Translations under genes and position numbers: made by a program
In this document: positions 28,987 through 39,960 of the stretch, in pieces
Layout of the letters: every line of letters starts with the position of its first letter
Position numbering within the stretch: position 1 is the stretch's first letter
Source: an uncultured Alphaproteobacteria bacterium
GTDB lineage: Bacteria > Pseudomonadota > Alphaproteobacteria > RF32 > CAG-239
Length of the DNA stretch: 64,000 bases
Assembly: GCA_934270475.1 (NCBI GenBank)
Contig: CAKQPS010000001.1
Span: 42,480 to 106,479 of the forward strand
Direction of reading: 5' to 3'
The notes under the pieces: generated by a model
What the model was told of the DNA's origin: nothing
Databases searched by the model: none
What the model saw: only the letters and a program-made list of their open reading frames with translations

Positions 28987-29967
28987 ATGCAGATGAAAAG
29001 GCTTTTGTTTTATATTTTATTTTTGCTGACGGCAGCGGCGCAAAGCTGTTTTGCCCAACATATGGTGCAAAAAGAAAGCTATTTGAAAGACGATGTGTCT
29101 GTTATCGGCTTGCCGGATTATCCGCCTTTTTCCTATTATGAATTAGACAATCGCTCAAACTCTATTTATTACAGCGCATTTTTGAAACCTTTACAGGATA
29201 TTGCGCAAAGAAATGAATTTAAACTAAAAATCAGCTATTTTATGGGTATTCCGACACTTGAAAATGTGATTTTGGATATCAGAAGCGGAAAATCCCAGTT
29301 TTTTTTAGGCGCTTATTCCAATACTAAAATGTTTACCGGCATAGAATTAGTGTATCCGGCGGTAGTTTCCAACCCTATTCACGTTATCACGCTGCCGGAA
29401 ACGCAGGAAAAAATAAAATCTGCCAAAGACCTGACTAACCTTAAAGGAGTTATCAGCAAAACAGAATATCTGAGCGATTTTGTTTTACGTAAAATTAAAC
29501 CGCTTAAACTGACTTATCTTGAATCTCCTTACGATACTTATGAAAAATTATTCACCGGCGAGGCTGACTATATTATCGGCGGTTTGTATTATAACCGCAT
29601 AATGGCAAGCCGCTACGGCATTGAGCAATATCTGTCATATTCCACAAAACCGCTGTTCAAAATTCCGGTTTTTGTTGCCTTGTCAAAATTAACGCCGCAA
29701 ATGTCTCTGTATGAAAAAATATTAACTCAAGAATTTAATAAACCGGATTTCGGCAATGCCGTAAAAAAAGAAATTTTACGCATGGTAGAAGAGGAAATTA
29801 CTAAAAATCAAGGTATTGTGCCGCCGGCTTTTGCCAGCCATATTGTGCCTGCTGCCGCCGATACAGAACTACCGGTTACCGATGCTCCAGGGACAAACAA
29901 CGGCGGGAAAATTGTGGAGCAGCAACAAAAAGAAAAATCTATTGATGAAGTGCTTGATGGAATTTAA
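28987..29967 (+). CDS. Periplasmic solute-binding protein (family 3-like), signal peptide
   Basis: Signal peptide MKRLLFYILFLLTAAAQSCFA; SBP-like bilobal size. Confidence 0.45.
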   Translation: MQMKRLLFYILFLLTAAAQSCFAQHMVQKESYLKDDVSVIGLPDYPPFSYYELDNRSNSIYYSAFLKPLQDIAQRNEFKLKISYFMGIPTLENVILDIRSGKSQFFLGAYSNTKMFTGIELVYPAVVSNPIHVITLPETQEKIKSAKDLTNLKGVISKTEYLSDFVLRKIKPLKLTYLESPYDTYEKLFTGEADYIIGGLYYNRIMASRYGIEQYLSYSTKPLFKIPVFVALSKLTPQMSLYEKILTQEFNKPDFGNAVKKEILRMVEEEITKNQGIVPPAFASHIVPAAADTELPVTDAPGTNNGGKIVEQQQKEKSIDEVLDGI

Positions 29968-29980
29968 GGAGGTTTTATAA

Positions 29981-30646
29981 ATGGTTCTTTTGGTGCATAA
30001 TAGTGTTTTGCCTCAATGCCGCAAAATCAGAATTTTGATGGCAGAGAAAAAAATGCTGTTTGTTTTGAAAGAAGAAAATCCGTGGAAATTGTCGAAGGAT
30101 ATTATGAAAATAAATCCTGCCGGCGAGCTCCCTGTGTTTATTTATGACGGAAACATCATTTCCGGCAACTATGCCATCACTGAATTTTTGGAAGAAACCT
30201 ACACCCAAAACCGCCTGATTAACGGCAACAATAAAGAGCGTGCCGAAATCCGGCGTTTGGTTGATTGGTTTGACAACAAATTCAGCCATGAAGTTTATCA
30301 ATATATCGCCGGAGAAAAAATATATAAGCGTTTTGCTTTACAACAGCCGCCGGAATCCCGCCGCATCAAGGCAGGAATAAATAACCTGCGCTTTCATTTG
30401 GAATATATAGACTGGATTACCGAGCGGTACAACTATTTAGCCGGCAATAATTTTTCACTTGCCGATATCAGCGCCGCCGCACAGCTCTCTATTATAGACT
30501 ATTTGGGTGATGTGCCTTGGGAAGACTATAAAAATGCCAAGCTTTGGTATTCTAAAATTAAATCACGACCAAGTTTCAAAGACATTTTAGGCGATAGATT
30601 CAAGGGTATTTATCCGGCTAAACATTATGACGATTTGGATTTTTAA
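29981..30646 (+). CDS. Glutathione S-transferase family protein
   Basis: GST N-terminal thioredoxin-like segment (ELPVFIYDGNIISGNYAITEFLEE) followed by a helical C-domain. Confidence 0.55.
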   Translation: MVLLVHNSVLPQCRKIRILMAEKKMLFVLKEENPWKLSKDIMKINPAGELPVFIYDGNIISGNYAITEFLEETYTQNRLINGNNKERAEIRRLVDWFDNKFSHEVYQYIAGEKIYKRFALQQPPESRRIKAGINNLRFHLEYIDWITERYNYLAGNNFSLADISAAAQLSIIDYLGDVPWEDYKNAKLWYSKIKSRPSFKDILGDRFKGIYPAKHYDDLDF

Positions 30647-30647
30647 T

Positions 30648-31106
30648 ATGAGATATTTACTGCTGGCAACATTGGCTTTTTTGACTTCCTGCTCTTCTTG
30701 GGGCGGAGAAGGACAGATTATTTATCACTGGGAAAGAGAACGCACCGGCGTGCAAAAATTTTCCCGCGACCATTCCGAATGTTTGAAAAAAGCCGAAGGC
30801 TGGCTGCATTGGCCTGATTTCAGCAGTTGGTTATATTCAGAAGAATATCGCTATAACATTGTGGTTGACTGGCACAAAACAAAAGGAATTTGGGCAAGCT
30901 ACGTGCCATACCGCGGCGCTTCGCCTTTATTGGTAAATTCCATCAGAGATTCTGCCGACTCCGACCCGCGCGAATATCGTCTCTGCATGGAAGAAAAAGG
31001 CTATTGGCACAGAAAATATGATATTCCGACCGTGACTAACGTTTTTGTTTATAATCCGCAAAAAGGAACCGACCGCGTGCCTTTAGAAGATATTTACAGC
31101 AAATAA
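30648..31106 (+). CDS. Lipoprotein (lipobox LTSC)
   Basis: MRYLLLATLAFLTSCSS signal/lipobox; start taken at the internal Met. Confidence 0.45.
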   Translation: MRYLLLATLAFLTSCSSWGGEGQIIYHWERERTGVQKFSRDHSECLKKAEGWLHWPDFSSWLYSEEYRYNIVVDWHKTKGIWASYVPYRGASPLLVNSIRDSADSDPREYRLCMEEKGYWHRKYDIPTVTNVFVYNPQKGTDRVPLEDIYSK

Positions 31107-32488
31107 CCGCCGCCGCAAGCTTTATAATACGCAACCAAATTTTGAAATACCTGCGCCTTGCTTTGCAAGCTGTTGTTTTGCGCTTGCAAGCGGTTTTGCT
31201 CCATTGTCAAAAAATCGGAAAATTCAATTAAGCCGTTACGATAGCGTTCGGCAGAAGCTGAAACAACTTTGTTCATTTTTGCCACAGCGTTGTTTTGCGC
31301 CTGATTGCTTTTCAGCTCGTTCTGCACGGCAATCATCGCATTTTTTAGCTCTGCAACGGCAGAAAGCACCGATTTTTTATATTGCGCAAAAGCCTCTTCC
31401 TTTTGCGCTTTTTGTTTTTCTACCTGATTTTGCAGCCGGTTCCAATCCAAAAGCGGAACAGAAACCAATGGTTCATAATTATAGCTTTGACTTTTAGAAT
31501 TAAACAGGCTGTTGCCCCCGCTGGCGGCATAGCCCCACAGCGCCGATATGCTGACATTTGGATATAAATCTGCCACCGCCGCACCGACCAAAGCATTTTG
31601 CGCTATCAAATTTTGCTCTGCCGCCGCCACATCGGGACGATTGCGAATTACATCTGCCGGCAAGGCATATAAGGCTTTGGTATTATACTGATAACTGCCG
31701 GCAAATATCGGAGATTTTTTTTCGCTATCCACCGGCAGCTGCGACGGCAAAACTCCCGCCAACACCGCCAGTGTATTTTTATATTGCTCCATTTCGCTTT
31801 GCAACGCTGGTATCTGCGCTTCTGTCGCCGCAACCAAATATTCTGCCTGATTATAAGCTATATCATCGGTTAATCCGCTTTTATATTTAGCGGAAACCGT
31901 TGAAAATATGTCTTTTTGCAAAGCTAAATTTTGACGCGCTATCCGCAATTTTTCTGCTGCTAATTTCATATTGATATAATTTGCAGCCAATTCTGCCGCC
32001 ACCACGGTTTTAACATTGCTCAACGTATAGCTTTCCGCTTTCAGCTGAGCTGCAGCCGCCTCATCTTGCCGACGTCCTTTACCCCATAAATCAAATTCCC
32101 ATGAAGCATCGAATCCGGCGGAGTAATAATGACTGTCGGCGGTCGGACCGATATTTTTGCTGTTTTTTTGATAGTCATAGCCGCCGCGTCCGTTTATTTG
32201 CGGCAAAAATCCGGCTTGACTTATTTTCAAAGACGCGCGCGCTTGTTTTAGGCGAGATACAGCAACTTCTATATCTGTACTGTTTTGCAACCCCATATCA
32301 ATAAGACGATTTAAATCCTCGTCACCAAATAAGGCATACCAATTTTTTGCCGGCTGAACTCCGTTTTTTAACGCCAATTCCTGTTTTATAACGCTGTCAT
32401 TGTAGCGGTTGGTTTTGGCATAGTCCTGTCCTACTGTACAGGCTGCCGCCGCAAAACACATAACCAGCACAGAACTTGTTTTACGCAT
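31094..32488 (-). CDS. Outer-membrane efflux lipoprotein (OprM/NodT family)
   Basis: Lipobox AAAACTV; two repeated TolC-like coiled halves; 3' gene of the RND operon. Confidence 0.8.
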   Translation of the reverse strand: MRKTSSVLVMCFAAAACTVGQDYAKTNRYNDSVIKQELALKNGVQPAKNWYALFGDEDLNRLIDMGLQNSTDIEVAVSRLKQARASLKISQAGFLPQINGRGGYDYQKNSKNIGPTADSHYYSAGFDASWEFDLWGKGRRQDEAAAAQLKAESYTLSNVKTVVAAELAANYINMKLAAEKLRIARQNLALQKDIFSTVSAKYKSGLTDDIAYNQAEYLVAATEAQIPALQSEMEQYKNTLAVLAGVLPSQLPVDSEKKSPIFAGSYQYNTKALYALPADVIRNRPDVAAAEQNLIAQNALVGAAVADLYPNVSISALWGYAASGGNSLFNSKSQSYNYEPLVSVPLLDWNRLQNQVEKQKAQKEEAFAQYKKSVLSAVAELKNAMIAVQNELKSNQAQNNAVAKMNKVVSASAERYRNGLIEFSDFLTMEQNRLQAQNNSLQSKAQVFQNLVAYYKACGGGYLL

Positions 32489-35400
32489 TTTTATCCTCCG
32501 TTTTACTAATATCACGCGGACCGAAATATTCTTTTACATGCTCAAAAAAGGCAAACAGCGCCGGAATAAAGATGATGCCAATTAAAGTCGCTGCTATCAT
32601 GCCGTAAAACACCGATGAGCCGATGGCAATTTGCGAGCTGGCACCAGCGCCGGTTGCCACAATCATTGGAAACACGCCTAAAATAAAGGTAAACGCCGTC
32701 ATCAAAACCGCACGGTAGCGTTCTTCGGCGCCGCGGCGCGCTGCCTCGGTTATATCCAATCCCTGCTCACGATACATTTTGGTAAATTCCACAATAAGAA
32801 TAGCATTCTTCGCTGCCAAACCGATAAGCATTATCAATCCCAGCTGCGCGTAAATACTGAGCGACTGTCCCATAAACAGCAATCCGACCAAGGCGCCTAA
32901 GATTGCAAAAACTGTCGAAAATATAACCGCTAACGCCAAAAGCCAACTTTCATACAAAGCTACCAAAAACAAATAACAGAAAACCACCGCCAAACTAATC
33001 AGAATCACTGCCAAACCTCGGGTTTCCACCTCTTGCAAGCTTAAACCAGTCCACCAAATTCCATATTCTTTCGGCAGCTCTTTTTCCAAATGTTCTATTT
33101 CATTTAAAGCCGTGCCGCTGCTTACGCCGACTTTAGACTGGGCGGTTACCGATGCTGCCGTATATTGATTGAAGCGATAAATAATTTTGGGCGAAAGTTC
33201 ATTTTTAACTTCGGCAAAGCTATTTATCCGCACTAAATTACCATCAGACGAGCGCGCATATAAATTTCCTATATCTTCCGGCTGGCGGCGGTATTGATAA
33301 TCTGCCTGCAAAATAACTTTATTGACCTGTCCGCTTAGAGTTATGTTATTGATATAGCGCGAACCTAAGTTATTTTGCAAAGTAGTAAACAGCGACGACA
33401 CCGGAATTTTATAATATTCCGCCTTTTTGCGGTCTATGTCTAAATATATGTGCGGCGTCTGCGCAGTAAAAGTGGTGAAAGCATAGTCAAAATATCCGCT
33501 TTTATTTATGGTGCGTAAATATTTCTGAAGCTGCTCATATAGCTTTTGCGGCGAAGTATTGCCGTTCATGGTAACAAAATCCCATGATATGCCGTTGCTT
33601 TGCCCAACTCCGGGAATTGCCGGCGGAGCAAAAAAGTTTATAACCGCCTGTTTATTGCCGGAAAATTGCCACCGCAAATCGCTGCTTATGGCTTCTATTG
33701 ATAAATTTTTAGATTTCCGTTCGTCCCAATTATCTAATCCGATAACGCCCAAAGCCACGTTTTCACCGCTGCCGCCGAGCATACTGTAGCCGGCAACTGA
33801 AATAAAATATTTAACGCCTTTGGCTTGGAGTATTTTATCCTTCATTTCGCCCAAAACTTTATTGGTTTCGTTTATACTGGAAGTATCTGCCAATTGGATA
33901 TTAGCAAAAATAATGCCCTGATCTTCTTCCGGCAAAAATGAAGTCGGCGTATAAACAAAACCTAAGGCAATCAACCCCATTGTTCCCAGCATACACAACA
34001 GCATAATTTTCAAATGTTCGGAAAAATAGACAACTGCTTTTAAGTAGTGCCCCTTGCTTTTATCCAGCATTTTATCAAACCAAGCAAAAAAGCCGTGCGG
34101 CTGAGAGTTTTCGTCGCCGCGCAGAAATATAGCGCATAAAGCCGGACTTAAAGTCAAGGCGTTGACCGCCGAAAAAGTAACAGCCGTAGCAATTGTAACC
34201 GCAAACTGCTGATAGATTTTACCGGTAATTCCCGCCATTAAACCAACTGGAATAAAGATAGCCAGCAAAACAAACGTGGTGGCGACAATGGCGCTGCCGA
34301 TTTGCTGCATTGCGATGATTGAGGCGGTTTTTGCGTCTTGTTTTTCATTCAGAATCAAATACTGCACCCGCTCCACCACAATAATGGCGTCATCAACCAC
34401 CAAGCCTATTGCCAAAATCATTGCAAACAATGTTAATATGTTGATGTTAAACCCAAGAAGATACACCACTATAAAAGTAGCAATCAGCGACACCGGAATT
34501 GTAAACAGCGGGATAAGCGTGGTTTTCAATTTTTGCAGAAAAATATAAGTTACCAGCACCACCAGCAAAAAGGTAATAACCAGCGTATCTATAATACTTT
34601 GAATGGAGGCGCGCACATATTCCGTGGAATCATAAGCAACCTGAAAGTCCATATCATCAGGCAAAACTTCTGCTAAATCGGCAATTTTTTGGCGCAGGTT
34701 ATCCATAATCTGCAAAGAATTGGAATTTGGCAGCTGATTGATTGCCATAATCAGCGCCGGAGCATTGTTAAAACCGGATTTTATATTATAGGTATCCGCT
34801 CCAAGCTCAACCTTTGCCACATCTTTAAGATATATTTGAGCACCATCGGCACCGGAAGCGATGACAATATTTTCAAAATCTGCCACACTGTTCAGCAAGC
34901 CTTTTGCCGTCAGCGACAGAACCATTTTATTATCTTTAGCACTGGGTGCAGAACCAATGCTGCCGACCGATGCCTGCACATTTTGACTTTTTACAGCATT
35001 CATTACATCACTGCTGTTCAGCCCCAAAGCATTCAGCTTATCCAAATTCAGCCAAATGCGCATACTGTATTGCGGACCGAATATCTGCACCCCACCCACA
35101 CCTTTAACACGAGCCAAGGCATTTTTTATGTTGGTATAAGCATAGTTGCTCAAAAATAAATCATCATAAGTATGGTTCGGCGAACGTAAAACCAACAGCG
35201 CTAAAATATTCGGGTTTTGCGTTTTGACGCTTACTCCATATTGATTAACCTCATCAGGCAGCTCCGATGTTACCTGCTGCAAGCGGTTTTGCACCTTTAC
35301 CTGCGCAATATCTGCATCTGTCCCGACATCAAATGTCACCGTCAGTTCGTAGGAACCGTTATCATCAGAAGACGAAGACATATAAAGCATATTTTCCACG

Positions 35401-35615
35401 CCGTTGATTTCATTTTCTATCGGCACGGCAACCGTATCAACCAGCACTTGCGAACCAGCGCCGGAATATGTAGTGGAAACGACTATTTGCGGCGGAGTAA
35501 TTTCCGGATATTGCGCCACCGGCAAAACAGCCAGCGAAAGCAAGCCCAAAATTATAAGCACAATGGAAAGCACAATGGCAAAACGCGGACGATTGATAAA
35601 AAATGCCGAAAACAT
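32481..35615 (-). CDS. RND multidrug efflux transporter (AcrB/MexB family)
   Basis: 1044 aa, 12 TM; N-terminus [24 protein letters not shown] typical of AcrB. Confidence 0.9.
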   Translation of the reverse strand: MFSAFFINRPRFAIVLSIVLIILGLLSLAVLPVAQYPEITPPQIVVSTTYSGAGSQVLVDTVAVPIENEINGVENMLYMSSSSDDNGSYELTVTFDVGTDADIAQVKVQNRLQQVTSELPDEVNQYGVSVKTQNPNILALLVLRSPNHTYDDLFLSNYAYTNIKNALARVKGVGGVQIFGPQYSMRIWLNLDKLNALGLNSSDVMNAVKSQNVQASVGSIGSAPSAKDNKMVLSLTAKGLLNSVADFENIVIASGADGAQIYLKDVAKVELGADTYNIKSGFNNAPALIMAINQLPNSNSLQIMDNLRQKIADLAEVLPDDMDFQVAYDSTEYVRASIQSIIDTLVITFLLVVLVTYIFLQKLKTTLIPLFTIPVSLIATFIVVYLLGFNINILTLFAMILAIGLVVDDAIIVVERVQYLILNEKQDAKTASIIAMQQIGSAIVATTFVLLAIFIPVGLMAGITGKIYQQFAVTIATAVTFSAVNALTLSPALCAIFLRGDENSQPHGFFAWFDKMLDKSKGHYLKAVVYFSEHLKIMLLCMLGTMGLIALGFVYTPTSFLPEEDQGIIFANIQLADTSSINETNKVLGEMKDKILQAKGVKYFISVAGYSMLGGSGENVALGVIGLDNWDERKSKNLSIEAISSDLRWQFSGNKQAVINFFAPPAIPGVGQSNGISWDFVTMNGNTSPQKLYEQLQKYLRTINKSGYFDYAFTTFTAQTPHIYLDIDRKKAEYYKIPVSSLFTTLQNNLGSRYINNITLSGQVNKVILQADYQYRRQPEDIGNLYARSSDGNLVRINSFAEVKNELSPKIIYRFNQYTAASVTAQSKVGVSSGTALNEIEHLEKELPKEYGIWWTGLSLQEVETRGLAVILISLAVVFCYLFLVALYESWLLALAVIFSTVFAILGALVGLLFMGQSLSIYAQLGLIMLIGLAAKNAILIVEFTKMYREQGLDITEAARRGAEERYRAVLMTAFTFILGVFPMIVATGAGASSQIAIGSSVFYGMIAATLIGIIFIPALFAFFEHVKEYFGPRDISKTEDKNA

Positions 35616-35618
35616 AGC

Positions 35619-36743
35619 TTATTTCTCCTCTGTCTGAGCTGATTCAACCTCTGCCTTTTGCCCCAATAACCTTGGTTCAATTTCTTGAGTTATAAGCATT
35701 TCACCGGTGCCGAAATCATTTTTAACTACATAATCGCCGTCTTTTTCGGTAATGACTTTTATTGTTTTTTCGGCAATTATTTTATTTTTCAAAACATAAA
35801 CCGTGTAACCGTCATTTTTTATCTGCACCAAATTTTTGGGCAGAAGCAGCACATTTTTATATGTATGCTCCAACAAAACTTTTACATAGGCATTTGGCAC
35901 AAGAACTCGCTTTTGATTTTCAAACTCGGCATAAACAGCCAAAGTATTAGTGCTTTTTTCCAAAGCATTTTCAGTATAAATCACTTTGCCGGAAAACGGG
36001 TACAATTCTCCGTCTGAAAGAATAATTTTAACTTTATCGGCAAACAAATCATGATTTTGCAAAAATTCTTTATCCGTTACCGAAAAAATTACCCGCGCCG
36101 GATTATATTGCACAATCCGCACCAAAGCCGGCGACATATCCGGTGAAACAAAATCGCCGACGGCAACGTTGATATTGCCCAATACTCCGTCAAACGGAGC
36201 CCGTACAAAAGTATAATTCAAATTTATGCGCGCTGTTTCAAACTCAGCCTCTGCTTGCTTGGAAGCCGCTTCGGCGTTTAACAATGCGGTTTTAGCATTG
36301 TCAAGCTCGGTTTGCGACACCGCCTTGGCTCCGGCCTTTTGCAAACGATTATATTGGCTTTGCGCGTTCTGCAAATCGGCGGCGCAGGAAAGAATTTTTG
36401 CATACGCCGAAGTAAGAGCTGTTTTATATTCGTCCTGTTTTAATATAACGATAACATCGCCTTTATTGACGGTTTGTCCGCTGTCTGCCGGAATCTGCGT
36501 GATATATCCGCTTAAATACGGCAAAATATTTACACTGCGCACGGCGGCGACGCGTCCGATAAAACTTTTAGCCACCTCAACGTCTTGCGGCTCGGGAAAC
36601 TCCGCCGACACAGCAGGTAAACTGCTTGGTTCAGCCTTTTCAACCAGCTGCGGGTGCTTATGCATATACAAAAACAACGCACCGCCCGCTATTATCAATA
36701 ACAGAATTAAAATAAGCAAATTTTTGAACGTGTCCTTTTTCAT
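35619..36743 (-). CDS. RND membrane fusion protein (AcrA/MexA family)
   Basis: Start taken at the internal Met (MKKDTF...) with GAGG RBS; lipoyl/beta-barrel MFP architecture; 4-bp gap to the RND gene. Confidence 0.8.
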   Translation of the reverse strand: MKKDTFKNLLILILLLIIAGGALFLYMHKHPQLVEKAEPSSLPAVSAEFPEPQDVEVAKSFIGRVAAVRSVNILPYLSGYITQIPADSGQTVNKGDVIVILKQDEYKTALTSAYAKILSCAADLQNAQSQYNRLQKAGAKAVSQTELDNAKTALLNAEAASKQAEAEFETARINLNYTFVRAPFDGVLGNINVAVGDFVSPDMSPALVRIVQYNPARVIFSVTDKEFLQNHDLFADKVKIILSDGELYPFSGKVIYTENALEKSTNTLAVYAEFENQKRVLVPNAYVKVLLEHTYKNVLLLPKNLVQIKNDGYTVYVLKNKIIAEKTIKVITEKDGDYVVKNDFGTGEMLITQEIEPRLLGQKAEVESAQTEEK

Positions 36744-36815
36744 TTTATCTTGAGCCTCTCTAAACTTTTGATTGACTCCTAGATATGTGATAAAAAACAC
36801 TTTTCAAGTGATTGA

Positions 36816-37700
36816 CTACTGCAAAACCTCTATGGCTTTAGAAATTTTACGAATAGAATTTAGTTCTATTTGGCGCACTCGTTCTTTTGAGATGTTATAA
36901 GCCTGACTTAAATCCTCTAAAGTTATGGTTTCATCGCTCATACGACGTTTAAACAAAATATCTTTTTCCCGCGGGTTTAATACCGTGATTGCCTGATTAA
37001 ACAATTTGCGCCGATAGTTCATGGTTTCTTTATAGGCATAGCGTTCTTCCTGATTAGGCTTGCCGTCCGAAATAAAATCCATCCATTCGGCCGTGCGCTC
37101 AGAATCGCTGTCTACCGGAGAATTAAGCGAACCGTCATGAGCCTTCAAGCGCATATTCATATCCGTAACTTCCTGCACACTGACATCAAGCAAGCGGGAT
37201 ATATCTTTTAAAACATCAGATGAGAGTTCGCGGTCGTCCACTAAATTCAAGCTGTTTTTAATTTTACGCAAGTTGAAAAACAGCTTCTTTTGCGCAGCGG
37301 TGGTGCCGAGTTTAACCAACGACCAAGAATTTAAAATATATTTCTGCACCGAGGCTTTTATCCACCACAAAGCATAAGTAGAAAAACGGAAGCCTTTATC
37401 CGGTTCAAACTTGTCAATGGCATACAGCAAACCAATATTGCCTTCGGAAATCATTTCACTTACCGGCAAACCGTAACCGCGATAACGCGAAACCACTTTA
37501 ACCACCAGCCGTAAATGCGAGGTAATAAGTTGATATGCCACATCTTTGTTGCCGGTTTCTTTATATTTTGTTGCCAGCTTATATTCTTCTTCCTGAGTTA
37601 AAATCGGATATTTACGAATGTTTTGCAAATATCTAGCCATGTTAATTTCCGGAGAAAAATCAACTCCGGTAAGTGCTGTTAAATTTTCCATTACATTCAC
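36816..37700 (-). CDS. rpoH: RNA polymerase sigma-32 factor
   Basis: Sigma-70 regions 2 and 4 plus the RpoH box QRKLFFNLRKIK. Confidence 0.85.
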   Translation of the reverse strand: MNVMENLTALTGVDFSPEINMARYLQNIRKYPILTQEEEYKLATKYKETGNKDVAYQLITSHLRLVVKVVSRYRGYGLPVSEMISEGNIGLLYAIDKFEPDKGFRFSTYALWWIKASVQKYILNSWSLVKLGTTAAQKKLFFNLRKIKNSLNLVDDRELSSDVLKDISRLLDVSVQEVTDMNMRLKAHDGSLNSPVDSDSERTAEWMDFISDGKPNQEERYAYKETMNYRRKLFNQAITVLNPREKDILFKRRMSDETITLEDLSQAYNISKERVRQIELNSIRKISKAIEVLQ

Positions 37701-37801
37701 TTCCCCTGTTAGTTGTTTAGAAGTATGATATAGAGGAAAATTTTTATAAACAACCTATACTTTAGTTTTATTTTTAGCTAAATATCAACTAAAGATTAGC
37801 T

Positions 37802-38773
37802 TTACTCTGAAAGTTTTTGCACTAGCTCAGCCATATCTGAAGGCAGTTCAGAATCAAACTGCATAAACTTTTGCGTGCGAGGGTGAACAAACCCCAAACT
37901 CTTTGCATGCAAGGCTTGCCGCGGAAAATCATTTACATAATTTTTTAGATTTTGCGGCAAATTAACAGCTGTTTTATGGTTCTTTACATAAACTTTGTCA
38001 CCGACCAAAGCATTTCCTACACTTGTTAGGTGTACCCGAATCTGGTGAGTGCGTCCGGTTTCCAAGTTGCACTGCACTAAAGAAACCGCATTTTTAAACA
38101 CTTGCAGTGTTTTGTAATGCGTAACTGCAGGCTTGCCGCCACTGGCTACCAACGCCATTTTTTTGCGGTCAGCCGGACTGCGCCCTATATTGCCGTCAAT
38201 TCGTCCGGCAAGCGGATTAGGCACACCGTAAACCACCGCATAATATGTGCGCTCAATTGAATGTTCGGCAAACTGTTCACTTAAAAAACGATGGGCATTG
38301 TCATTTTTTGCCACCACCAGCAAACCGCTGGTTTCGCGGTCTATGCGGTGCACAATGCCGGGGCGTTTGACCCCGCCGATTCCCGACAAACTGTCCCGAC
38401 AATGGAATAATAAGGCGTTAACCAGCGTTCCACGTGAAACACCGGCGGCAGGGTGAACAGTCATACCTGCCGGTTTGTTAACCACCAATAAGTCGCTATC
38501 TTCATAGACCACTTCCAAAGGAATATCCTCGGCAAGCGGCTCCGCCTCTTCTGCCGGAGGCACGGTAACCGTAAACGAATCGCCGACTTTTACTTTATAG
38601 GAATTGTCAGAAATAACAACATCTTCCGCCAGCACATTGCCGTCGGCAATCAACCGCTGCAGCTGCGAACGGGAAAAAACCGGCAGCACCTTTGCCAAGA
38701 ATTTATCTAAACGCTGCTTTTTATCGCTATCAGTCACTTCCGGAGTGGAAAATATTGTTTCTTCCATATTCAT
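37802..38773 (-). CDS. rluD: 23S rRNA pseudouridine synthase RluD (RluA family)
   Basis: N-terminal S4 domain; catalytic HRIDRETSG motif. Confidence 0.85.
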   Translation of the reverse strand: MNMEETIFSTPEVTDSDKKQRLDKFLAKVLPVFSRSQLQRLIADGNVLAEDVVISDNSYKVKVGDSFTVTVPPAEEAEPLAEDIPLEVVYEDSDLLVVNKPAGMTVHPAAGVSRGTLVNALLFHCRDSLSGIGGVKRPGIVHRIDRETSGLLVVAKNDNAHRFLSEQFAEHSIERTYYAVVYGVPNPLAGRIDGNIGRSPADRKKMALVASGGKPAVTHYKTLQVFKNAVSLVQCNLETGRTHQIRVHLTSVGNALVGDKVYVKNHKTAVNLPQNLKNYVNDFPRQALHAKSLGFVHPRTQKFMQFDSELPSDMAELVQKLSE

Positions 38774-38874
38774 TTTTAGCCTTTGTTAAGTATCTTTAAG
38801 TTATATTGTATAATTAAATGGTCTTGCCGCTAAATGCAAGTAAAGATTCTGCAAATATTCGGGAGTGTAAAAAC

Positions 38875-39888
38875 ATGGCAAACAGCGATGTGATGGAAGA
38901 TGATGACTTTGAAAAACTGTTAAACAGCTTTATAAATGATTCTTTGGAAGAAGAATCGGCTGAAAAAGCTTCGTCTATGCCGGCGGAAGAAAAAATCAGC
39001 CAACTTAAAAACAATCAAAACAATGACGGCACTGCCGAAGATGATGATGAATTGCAAGAAGATGAGATTGACTATGCTTCTGCTTTGAGTCCAGAAGACC
39101 AAGCAGTTAATAACTTTATTTCGCAAAACGATATGGACGACGCCTTAGTTTCTTCTTTGCAAGACGCCAAAGCCGAAGCTCAAAATGCCCAAGAAGAACC
39201 GACGCTCGGCAATGATGAATCTGAATTGGCGCAAGCCTTTATGAATTATTACAACTCCGTAAATAAACTGTCGTTGACTAAACTAAACACTCCGTATATG
39301 TGCACGTTTTCGGTTGAAGACCTTTACCCGAACTATAAACCAAGCGTGGGACATATTCTTACTAGCGATATTGCCGCCGGCTGGGTATTGCTGTGCAAAA
39401 TGTTTCCTGAACAAGTAGGAACATTTCCGCTTAACTCCAGCGATGAAGAATTTTTGAGCTTTGCAGAAAAACTGACTGACAATGATTTGCAGCTGGCAGT
39501 TATTTCATATGTTGAAATTTTAATAGACATAGAAGGGTGTGAATTAAGCTATCAAGCTAAGTTTTTAAAATATCAGGAAAAACACATCAAGCGTCTTATG
39601 TATGAAGAATATATGAACCGCAAAGAAAGACAGCGCAAATTTACCGAAGCTTTAGCGGCAAAAAATTTTCCGGTAGACGCAGACAGGCTGATAAGCAATT
39701 ATTTTAGAGTGGCGCAAAAAGACGTTGACGGCGCGTTTAAGGCGTTAACCACCAATCCAGCGATTTTTGCCCCGATTGACTTCAGCAAAATAAAACCGCG
39801 CTGGTTTGGCTTGGTAAAAGTATCACCAAAGGACGGTATCCGCATAAATTTGGAAATCGGTAACTTTTTGAAAAGACTCAAAGTTTAG
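38875..39888 (+). CDS. Hypothetical acidic protein (operon gene A)
   Basis: ATG with upstream GGAG; D/E-rich N-terminal ~150 aa then a globular C-terminal domain; no known motif. Confidence 0.5.
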   Translation: MANSDVMEDDDFEKLLNSFINDSLEEESAEKASSMPAEEKISQLKNNQNNDGTAEDDDELQEDEIDYASALSPEDQAVNNFISQNDMDDALVSSLQDAKAEAQNAQEEPTLGNDESELAQAFMNYYNSVNKLSLTKLNTPYMCTFSVEDLYPNYKPSVGHILTSDIAAGWVLLCKMFPEQVGTFPLNSSDEEFLSFAEKLTDNDLQLAVISYVEILIDIEGCELSYQAKFLKYQEKHIKRLMYEEYMNRKERQRKFTEALAAKNFPVDADRLISNYFRVAQKDVDGAFKALTTNPAIFAPIDFSKIKPRWFGLVKVSPKDGIRINLEIGNFLKRLKV

Positions 39889-39960
39889 CAATAAATAATA
39901 ATAGACAAAAATCTTTTTTTATGGTATATTGGCAAGAAAGTAGTAAATGGAGTAACAACA

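Noticed and set aside
38427-38442. rluD near-palindrome GTTCCACGTGAAAC as a fourth exact copy
   Set aside because: It has one mismatch and encodes VSRGT rather than VSRET. It is mentioned as supporting context only, not called as a repeat feature.
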